Of a DNA stretch of 5,293 bases, positions 1 to 5,274 are shown in pieces. Within the stretch, counting starts at the first letter, position 1. Every line of letters starts with the position of its first letter. The notes under the pieces are model-generated. The model did no database searches, had not been told where the DNA came from, and saw nothing but the letters and a program-made list of their open reading frames with translations. The translations under genes were made by a program, and so were the position numbers. The stretch is taken from the IMG/VR virus record IMGVR_UViG_2695420658_000009. One strand, given 5' to 3'. The DNA is from a virus (Duplodnaviria; Heunggongvirae; Uroviricota; Caudoviricetes).

Positions 1-306
1 GAAGGAGTGTCCGTTAAACTCAGGCTACCTCAATTTGCGCTGGGAAGTGGTGCGCAAGTTGCGTCTAGTGGCGATATTTATGGTTCAGTGTGGGAAAACA
101 ACTGGTTAAGCACATGGCTGCATAATCATGTCGTTCGGGATATTCGTCTTGGCAGCATTGAATATAAAAACGTATGGCGCGACTACGGCTTTGGCGATGC
201 GTCAGGTTATGTTTTAACAGCCGCAATTAACAGCAATGCGGATGATATTGTCGACACTGTTGCCAGAAGGCCAATTCAGAAATTGATTGGGGGAATATGG
301 TACAAC
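1..306 (+). CDS. side tail fibre protein, distal C-terminal region (partial: 5' end upstream of window, last codons lost in N-run)
   Basis: Frame 1 is open from base 1; the GTG at 7 is internal, not a real start. The translation ...SGDIYGSVWENNWLSTWLHNHVVRDIRLG...RRPIQKLIGGIWYN parallels the C-terminus of the minus-strand fibre cassette (...RYVRDVRLG...RPIQKLINGTWYNVSQV*). It is followed by a Tfa chaperone gene, the usual fibre-chaperone order. Confidence 0.6.
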
Positions 307-862
307 NNNNNNNNNNNNNNNNNNNNNNNNNNNNNNNNNNNNNNNNNNNNNNNNNNNNNNNNNNNNNNNNNNNNNNNNNNNNNNNNNNNNNNNNNNNNNN
401 NNNNNNNNNNNNNNNNNNNNNNNNNNNNNNNNNNNNNNNNNNNNNNNNNNNNNNNNNNNNNNNNNNNNNNNNNNNNNNNNNNNNNNNNNNNNNNNNNNNN
501 NNNNNNNNNNNNNNNNNNNNNNNNNNNNNNNNNNNNNNNNNNNNNNNNNNNNNNNNNNNNNNNNNNNNNNNNNNNNNNNNNNNNNNNNNNNNNNNNNNNN
601 NNNNNNNNNNNNNNNNNNNNNNNNNNNNNNNNNNNNNNNNNNNNNNNNNNNNNNNNNNNNNNNNNNNNNNNNNNNNNNNNNNNNNNNNNNNNNNNNNNNN
701 NNNNNNNNNNNNNNNNNNNNNNNNNNNNNNNNNNNNNNNNNNNNNNNNNNNNNNNNNNNNNNNNNNNNNNNNNNNNNNNNNNNNNNNNNNNNNNNNNNNN
801 NNNNNNNNNNNNNNNNNNNNNNNNNNNNNNNNNNNNNNNNNNNNNNNNNNNNNNNNNNNNNN
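307..862. other. masked/unresolved bases (556 N)
   Basis: Run of n in the input. By context it hides the fibre stop codon and most of the plus-strand tfa gene. Confidence 1.
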
Positions 863-915
863 TGGTCAGCCGTGTGGATACGGCAAATCCTGAATGGCCA
901 CAAAAGCCTGAATAA
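863..915 (+). CDS. tfa: tail fibre assembly chaperone (Mu U / Tfa family), C-terminal 17 codons visible; start lies inside the N-run
   Basis: The visible end ...VSRVDTANPEWPQKPE* (TAA 913-915) matches the C-terminal RVD-x-ANPEWP motif I recall for Mu U-type Tfa proteins. It sits downstream of a fibre gene. Confidence 0.6.
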
Positions 916-920
916 AAATT

Positions 921-940
921 AAGGCCCGATAGCGGGCCTT
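921..940. terminator. bidirectional intrinsic terminator between convergent tfa genes
   Basis: Perfect 8-bp stem aaggcccg / cgggcctt with 4-nt loop atag. On the minus strand it is followed by AATTTTTATT (U-tract), on the plus strand by CTCTCATTCT (weaker). It lies exactly between the plus tfa stop (915) and the minus tfa' stop (967). Confidence 0.5.
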
Positions 941-966
941 CTCTCATTCTGGTTGTTCGGGAAACG

Positions 967-1503
967 TTACTGGCAGGCTGGAGGTGTCTGTGGATTCAAN
1001 NNNNNNNNNNNNNNNNNNNNNNNNNNNNNNNNNNNNNNNNNNNNNNNNNNNNNNNNNNNNNNNNNNNNNNNNNNNNNNNNNNNNNNNNNNNNNNNNNNNN
1101 NNNNNNNNNNNNNNNNNNNNNNNNNNNNNNNNNNNNNNNNNNNNNNNNNNNNNNNNNNNNNNNNNNNNNNNNNNNNNNNNNNNNNNNNNNNNNNNNNNNN
1201 NNNNNNNNNNNNNNNNNNNNNNNNNNNNNNNNNNNNNNNNNNNNNNNNNNNNNNNNNNNNNNNNNNNNNNNNNNNNNNNNNNNNNNNNNNNNNNNNNNNN
1301 NNNNNNNNNNNNNNNNNNNNNNNNNNNNNNNNNNNNNNNNNNNNNNNNNNNNNNNNNNNNNNNNNNNNNNNNNNNNNNNNNNNNNNNNNNNNNNNNNNNN
1401 NNNNNNNNNNNNNNNNNNNNNNNNNNNNNNNNNNNNNNNNNNNNNNNNNNNNNNNNNNNNNNNNNNNNNNNNNNNNTGCGACAATGTTTTTTAAATGCTG
1501 CAT
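967..1503 (-). CDS. tfa: tail fibre assembly chaperone, alternative copy (U'/Tfa'), body masked
   Basis: Minus-strand ATG at 1503-1501 gives MQHLKNIVA..., close to the Mu U N-terminus (MMHLKNI...) as I recall it. The ATG overlaps the stop of the upstream fibre cassette (TAATCATG). Bases 1000-1476 are N; the visible C-terminus is ...LNPQTPPACQ*. Confidence 0.5.
   Translation of the reverse strand: MQHLKNIVAXXXXXXXXXXXXXXXXXXXXXXXXXXXXXXXXXXXXXXXXXXXXXXXXXXXXXXXXXXXXXXXXXXXXXXXXXXXXXXXXXXXXXXXXXXXXXXXXXXXXXXXXXXXXXXXXXXXXXXXXXXXXXXXXXXXXXXXXXXXXXXXXXXXXXXXXXXXXXXXLNPQTPPACQ
1000..1476. other. masked/unresolved bases (477 N)
   Basis: Run of n in the input. Confidence 1.
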
Positions 1504-1505
1504 GA

Positions 1506-2432
1506 TTATACCTGCGATACGTTATACCATGTTCCGTTAATTAACTTTTGTATTGGTCTGAATACTGCCGGATCATCACCATCGACTTCACCGATAATAC
1601 CAAGCCCCGTGATTACATGGCCTGATTTTTCATACATCACGCCTTTCTTCATGGTCTAAACAACTCGTGTGCCAAGTCTGACATCTCTCACATAGCGGGA
1701 ATCAAAGTTACCGTAATCCGAGGGATTAACACGTCCCGTAATATTTATGGTTTTATTACTTTGAATGCTTCCGGAGACAAAGCGCATAACATGGACGTTA
1801 TTAGCATAAACATCCAGATTACCATCGCCTTTTTGTTTAAAGCCCGTGTCATTATCACCCAATACAATCGAATTACCGCCAAGAGCACTGGATGTTCCGA
1901 TACCCAGTGCACCATTCAGTTGACCACCAGATAACGGCAGTGCACCAACATCTCCTGCTGAAGGTTTTCTGGTGGTGTAAAATTCGGACCAGTCGGCTTC
2001 AAAACCATAACCATCACGGGCTGAACGATAAAAAATACCGCCATTTTTATAATTAATCCGAAACTGAGCTGCAGGACAACTTCCTTCTCCCATATAAAAA
2101 TGAATAATTAACGTTGATGCACCACTAATAGTTGCGTTATAGGCTCCGCTACTCCAGTTCCATCCAACTGCTTTATCATTCGCAACGGTGCTTCCTGTTT
2201 TCCCTAAGGCAAACGCACCAACATGACTTGCTTTTAATGTGATATCGGAGGAACCATCAAAAGCCACATTGCTTATTTTCCTGGCAGTTTTTAATTTTGC
2301 AGCTGTAGAAGCATTGCCGGATAGTTCACCAGAAAGGCCACCGCTGAATGTTTGTCGATTAGTCCAGGTATTCGCTGTACTGAGTAACGGTATTTTCTCC
2401 CCGCTTGTGCCGAGTTCTCGTAAACCGAGGTT
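1506..2432 (-). pseudogene. alternative tail fibre C-terminal cassette (S'v-like), promoterless and start-less, with an in-frame amber codon at 1656-1658
   Basis: The minus-strand frame is open from the crossover site (codon NLGLRELGTSGEK... begins at 2432) to TAA at 1506-1508, apart from one TAG at 1656-1658. It contains the fibre-typical glycine-rich motif ...GGNSIVLGDNDTGFKQKGDGNLDVYANN.... The 49 codons after the TAG stay in frame and align with the plus-strand fibre (…RPIQKLINGTWYN vs …RPIQKLIGGIWYN). Confidence 0.6.
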
Positions 2433-2440
2433 TTAGATAA
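2415..2440. other. gix/hix/pix-like site-specific recombination (crossover) site, 12-2-12 architecture
   Basis: TTCTCGTAAACC GA GGTTTTAGATAA differs at about 3 of 26 positions from the gix sequence TTCCTGTAAACCGAGGTTTTGGATAA as I recall it. It lies at the junction between the start-less fibre cassette and the invertase gene, where gixR sits relative to gin in Mu. Confidence 0.6.
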
Positions 2441-2494
2441 TGGCGGTTTCTGGCCTGCATGGCATGATTTGTGCTTTTGGACGGGAGATTCAGC

Positions 2495-2821
2495 GTGCTG
2501 ATTGGCTATGTAAGGGTATCAACAAATGACCAGAATACAGACCTGCAACGAAACGCTCTTGTTTGTGCAGGATATGAACAAATATTTGAAGATAAATTAA
2601 GCGGAACAAGGACAGGCCGACCTGGATTAAAACGTGCTTTAAAGCGCCTTCAAAAAGGTGACGCACTGGTTGTCTGAAAACTGGACTGACTGGGGCACTG
2701 TATGCGGCATCTTGTCGTGCTGGTGGTGGAAGCCTAGAAAAAGTATCGGGTGTTGCTGAACCGTGTTGATACATCAACTGCACCTGATATTGAGTGGCCT
2801 ACGAACCCTGTCAGGGAGTAA
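2495..2821 (+). pseudogene. pin: pin/gin-family serine DNA invertase, N-terminal 60 codons intact, then nonsense codons and an in-frame fusion to the 3' end of a tfa gene
   Basis: GTG at 2495 follows a GGGAGA Shine-Dalgarno (2483-2488). Translation VLIGYVRVSTNDQNTDLQRNALVCAGYEQIFEDKLSGTRTGRPGLKRALKRLQKGDALVV* matches the Pin/Gin N-terminus including the catalytic-serine motif YVRVSTNDQ. In-frame continuation is [45 protein letters not shown]. Stops are at 2675, 2687, 2735 and 2819. The last about 30 codons are a Tfa C-terminus (…[24 protein letters not shown]…), not invertase. Confidence 0.7.
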
Positions 2822-2993
2822 TCATTGGGATTATGCCGCAGCACGTCTTAAGCANCTTAGATGGTAAATGTCTCGCCTGTGCTATATTTTGTTTTTCGGT
2901 TAGTTAAATATCGTACGTTCATATTTGAACGTTCTGCCGGAATGCATTATCAATAGAGGTAAAGTCGCAACCCCAAATCGTAAAGGAAACCGT

Positions 2994-3018
2994 AGCACGT
3001 CTTAAGCAAGAACGTGCT
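2994..3018 (-). terminator. possible intrinsic terminator downstream of the methyltransferase gene
   Basis: Inverted repeat agcacgt (2994-3000) / acgtgct (3012-3018) with an 11-nt loop, 11 nt after the methyltransferase stop. On the minus strand it is followed by the U-rich stretch UUUCCUUUACGAUUU. Stem is short and the U-tract is interrupted. Confidence 0.3.
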
Positions 3019-3029
3019 GCGGTTGGATG

Positions 3030-3848
3030 CTATTTTTTCCCTGAAGCGGAAAACATTACTACAGTACCTTGAACCCTGGTTTTAACATTCTCGAAATGCT
3101 CTGAGAGTATATGTGTTAAGCCTTCTTCGGAATCTTTTGTGTTTGAAAAGATGCCTTTCTGATTGTAAATGCGCATCAGTTTTTGACCGAAGCTATTGTG
3201 CACAACTCCATCGCCAAGAATTGTGGCTCCGTATAGAGTTCCATCGTCAGTTAAGGCCTGCGCCGCATTGCGTATTACACAGCTTTTTGTAGATATATTT
3301 CCAGGCAGGCAGTGAAGAAGGTAAAACATGGAAATGGAATCAAATTGACCATGTAACGCCGCGGGATAAGGTTCAAAAACATCATGGCTAATTTTATGTT
3401 TAATTTTTGATTCCCCAGCCCTTGTAGATGCCGCGTTCAGGCTAGCTTCGTTCAAATCCATTAAAGATATCAGACTACTCTCAGGTACGTGAGTAAGGTA
3501 AAACCCAGTTCCAACACCAATATCCAGATGGTTGTTACCTAAATGTTCCAGAAAGTGTGGAAGAAGGTGTTCCTTTGTAGGACATCCCCATGCAAGCCGA
3601 TTTGATACTCCCAAAACCCACCAGTCATAAAGCTTTAGGGTAAGTGGTGTGTAAATTTTAGCCCCATCATCTGTGTTTNNNNNNNNNNNNNNNNNNNNNN
3701 NNNNNNNNNNNNNNNNNNNNNNNNNNNNNNNNNNNNNNNNNNNNNNNNNNNNNNNNNNNNNNNNNNNNNNNNNNNNNNNNNNNNNNNNNNNNNNNNNNNN
3801 GTATGCTTCGATACAGCAGGAGCCGAATGGCTGGAAGACCGTCACCAC
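3030..3848 (-). CDS. class I SAM-dependent methyltransferase (small-molecule/O-MTase-like; no DNA-MTase motifs seen); N-terminal part partly masked
   Basis: ORF of 272 codons with stop TAG at 3030-3032. It has the SAM-binding motif I HLDIGVGTGFYL followed by an acidic strand end (LISLMDLNE) and a later FDSISMFYLLHCLP segment, the canonical Rossmann-fold MTase order. No (D/N/S)PP(Y/F/W) or PCQ motif is present. The start is uncertain: GTG at 3846-3848 with no clear SD, and bases 3679-3800 are N. Confidence 0.65.
   Translation of the reverse strand: MVTVFQPFGSCCIEAYXXXXXXXXXXXXXXXXXXXXXXXXXXXXXXXXXXXXXXXXXNTDDGAKIYTPLTLKLYDWWVLGVSNRLAWGCPTKEHLLPHFLEHLGNNHLDIGVGTGFYLTHVPESSLISLMDLNEASLNAASTRAGESKIKHKISHDVFEPYPAALHGQFDSISMFYLLHCLPGNISTKSCVIRNAAQALTDDGTLYGATILGDGVVHNSFGQKLMRIYNQKGIFSNTKDSEEGLTHILSEHFENVKTRVQGTVVMFSASGKK
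3679..3800. other. masked/unresolved bases (122 N) inside the methyltransferase 5' region
   Basis: Run of n in the input. Confidence 1.
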
Positions 3849-3879
3849 ACAGTTCTACATCCAGGAATTTAGTGAGTAT

Positions 3880-4230
3880 ANNNNNNNNNNNNNNNNNNNN
3901 NNNNNNNNNNNNNNNNNNNNNNNNNNNNNNNNNNNNNNNNNNNNNNNNNNNNNNNNNNNNNNNNNNNNNNNNNNNNNNNNNNNNNNNNNNNNNNNNNNNN
4001 NNNNNNNNNNNNNNNNNNNNNNNNNNNNNNNNNNNNNNNNNNNNNNNNNNNNNNNNNNNNNNNNNNNNNNNNNNNNNNNNNNNNNNNNNNNNNNNNNNNN
4101 NNNNNNNNNNNNNNNNNNNNNNNNNNNNNNNNNNNNNNNNNNNNNNNNNNNNNNNNNNNNNNNNNNNNNNNNNNNNNNNNNNNNNNNNNNNNNNNNNNNN
4201 NNNNNNNNNNNNNNNNNNNNNNNNNNNNNN
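3880..4230. other. masked/unresolved bases (351 N) between the methyltransferase and the Rha-proximal ORF
   Basis: Run of n in the input. All three listed ORFs crossing it are open only because N cannot encode a stop. Confidence 1.
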
Positions 4231-4410
4231 CATGGTTCAATGGTCCGTCTGCCCCCTGTGGTGATGTCAGCAAAATCAGCCACTGCGCGAACCACAATAG
4301 CCCGGGAAGATGCTGAAGATCACCAGGTAAAGCTGTCAGCGCAGAAACTGGAAGAACTGCTCGCATCAATGGTTAAGGATGAGGTTGATCGCAATGATGG
4401 GATTTATTGA
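4231..4410 (+). CDS. hypothetical protein, C-terminal part (start hidden in N-run), ending at TGA 4408-4410; possibly an interrupted longer gene
   Basis: Plus frame 1 is open across all visible sequence with E. coli-like codon choice: ...MSAKSATARTTIAREDAEDHQVKLSAQKLEELLASMVKDEVDRNDGIY*. The same frame stays open for 29 more codons after the TGA, to TAA at 4498-4500. Minus-strand frames in 4296-4536 are broken by stops. Confidence 0.4.
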   Translation, partial: HGSMVRLPPVVMSAKSATARTTIAREDAEDHQVKLSAQKLEELLASMVKDEVDRNDGIY

Positions 4411-4536
4411 CGTCAGCGAGAGCAGAAGGAAGAACTGAATAACCTGAATGATTTACGCTCAATCAGAGCGATGGCGATTAGCGGCAATCACGCTCGATAA
4501 AATTAACCTCGGTGATCATCCGGGGTTTTGCATTCA

Positions 4537-5094
4537 TTAAAACCGCATCAACCTTTCCACCAATTGTTCTTTACGGGCAACGATCCACCCATGTTGCTCC
4601 AGATAAAATTTAAACCGTTCCAGAGTGCATACCATCGCATCGGCGGGGACTTTTTCTGTGAACTCGACCTGACCGTGTTTATCGAAGTGGATCAGTAATG
4701 CGCATCCATTATTTGGGGCGGGGGAGTTTTGTGCTGCAGGAGGACGTTTGTGGAGTTCTTCTTCCATTGCGTTAAATTTTTCAATGTAAGCTTCTTTTAG
4801 TCTGGCTGCTTTTTTGCCAGTAAATCCCATTACGAGGAACATGAAGCCGTCTTTTGTGATCAGGTAGCATCGTGATTCACGTTCTGCGCCGTTGCCAATT
4901 TCGACAGTCTGAACATCGGCCGAAAAGTTGGCTGATGTAAATTCGGGAGAGCAGTCGAGTGTGTCAATCTTAGCTAAAACGTGTTTATGTTGTTTATCGA
5001 AGTAGTCGGCAACAGCTTGAGAGGTGGTAACCAGGCGACCATCTTTGAAAAAGACTTTTGGTGACTCGTTAGAAAAAGTTATAGCTGTATTCAT
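4537..5094 (-). CDS. rha: Rha-family phage regulatory protein (antirepressor-like, Phage_pRha domain)
   Basis: ATG at 5094-5092 is preceded by GGAG with a 9-nt spacer. Translation MNTAITFSNESPKVFFKDGRLVTTSQAVADYFDKQHKHVLAKIDTL...YLITKDGFMFLVMGFTGKKAARLKEAYIEKFNAMEEEL... carries the Rha signature (LxMGFTGKKAxxxKxxYIxxFNxME). Stop TAA at 4537-4539. The TTG at 5109 in the ORF track is unlikely to be the start. Confidence 0.8.
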   Translation of the reverse strand: MNTAITFSNESPKVFFKDGRLVTTSQAVADYFDKQHKHVLAKIDTLDCSPEFTSANFSADVQTVEIGNGAERESRCYLITKDGFMFLVMGFTGKKAARLKEAYIEKFNAMEEELHKRPPAAQNSPAPNNGCALLIHFDKHGQVEFTEKVPADAMVCTLERFKFYLEQHGWIVARKEQLVERLMRF

Positions 5095-5104
5095 ATGTGA
5101 TGAC

Positions 5105-5118
5105 TCCAATTAATTGGA
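5105..5118. promoter_or_regulatory. perfect 14-bp palindrome TCCAATTAATTGGA overlapping the rha ribosome-binding site
   Basis: Exact dyad symmetry. The GGA of the rha Shine-Dalgarno (minus strand) is the last three bases of the palindrome. Candidate operator or SD-sequestering hairpin. Confidence 0.3.
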
Positions 5119-5121
5119 TGA

Positions 5122-5155
5122 TCACCACCTCTGACGCCAATCAGGGAGGTGGTGA
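5122..5155. promoter_or_regulatory. inverted repeat with 10-bp perfect arms in the rha leader/upstream region
   Basis: tcaccacctc (5122-5131) and gaggtggtga (5146-5155) are exact reverse complements separated by 14 nt; an inner tga/tca pair extends the stem. Confidence 0.3.
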
Positions 5156-5254
5156 GACGTACAGGGTTGGCGTAACCGGTCATCACAAAACCCGGCGCGG
5201 ATTTCTCCGCCCCTGCACGCCCCACCATAATGCGAATGTGGCAATGCTTAACGC

Positions 5255-5274
5255 AAAAAAAACCGCAAACGCGG
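5255..5274 (-). terminator. possible intrinsic terminator reading leftward (minus strand) upstream of rha
   Basis: On the minus strand: CCGC-GTTT-GCGG hairpin (plus coordinates 5263-5274) followed immediately by TTTTTTTT (plus 5255-5262). The stem is only 4 bp, so weak. Confidence 0.3.

Noticed and set aside
214-947. Four long ORFs (minus 214-903, minus 276-947, plus 287-922, plus 297-893) running through the first N-run
   Set aside because: They consist almost entirely of X codons from masked bases. The visible ends are short and are antisense to, or out of frame with, the supported fibre/Tfa reading frame.
953-1540. Plus-strand ORF 953-1540 and overlapping ORFs 984-1505 (plus) and 996-1484 (minus)
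   Set aside because: Open only across the N-run. The visible ends are antisense to or out of frame with the minus-strand tfa', whose Mu-U-like N-terminus and overlap with the fibre stop are better supported.
2239-2436. Plus-strand 65-codon ORF
   Set aside because: Lies entirely antisense to the minus-strand fibre cassette, has a low-complexity hydrophobic translation and no Shine-Dalgarno.
2415-2440. Reading the AAACCGAGGTTTT dyad as an intrinsic terminator hairpin
   Set aside because: The stem would be only about 5 bp with no U-tract. The full 26-bp match to gix/hix-type sites and its position beside an invertase gene explain it better.
2471-2494. GTG at 2471 as the invertase start (MLLDGRFS extension)
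   Set aside because: Invertases of this family begin at the M/V-LIGYVRVS motif. The GTG at 2495 has a GGGAGA Shine-Dalgarno 6 nt upstream, whereas 2471 has none.
2490-2783. Minus-strand 97-codon ORF
   Set aside because: Antisense to the pin-like pseudogene, whose plus-strand frame has clear invertase and Tfa similarity.
2861-2956. Plus-strand 31-codon ORF MVNVSPVLYFVFRLVKYRTFIFERSAGMHYQ
   Set aside because: No ribosome-binding site, AT-rich low-complexity translation, and it overlaps the intergenic palindrome; most likely non-coding.
3030-3848. Methyltransferase as the modification half of a restriction-modification system
   Set aside because: No DNA-MTase catalytic motif (DPPY/NPPY/SPPY or PCQ/ENV) and no visible nuclease partner; the motifs look like a small-molecule or RNA-type class I MTase. 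It cannot be excluded because the neighbouring gene is masked.
3667-4410. ORFs spanning the 3880-4230 N-run (minus 3667-4233, plus 3673-4410 N-terminal part, plus 3803-4264, minus 3855-4295, minus 3869-4369)
   Set aside because: Their length is an artefact of masked bases. Only the plus frame downstream of 4231 has independent coding support. The minus 3855-4295 frame is kept only as a possibility in the findings.
5095-5109. TTG at 5109 as the rha start (MESSHM extension)
   Set aside because: The GGAG Shine-Dalgarno would lie inside the extension; the ATG at 5094 has ideal spacing from it.
5200-5235. tRNA 3' end or att core suggested by ...cgccccacca
   Set aside because: No T-arm consensus (GTTC-R-A-NYC) or acceptor-stem pairing is evident on either strand; this is just GC-rich sequence.
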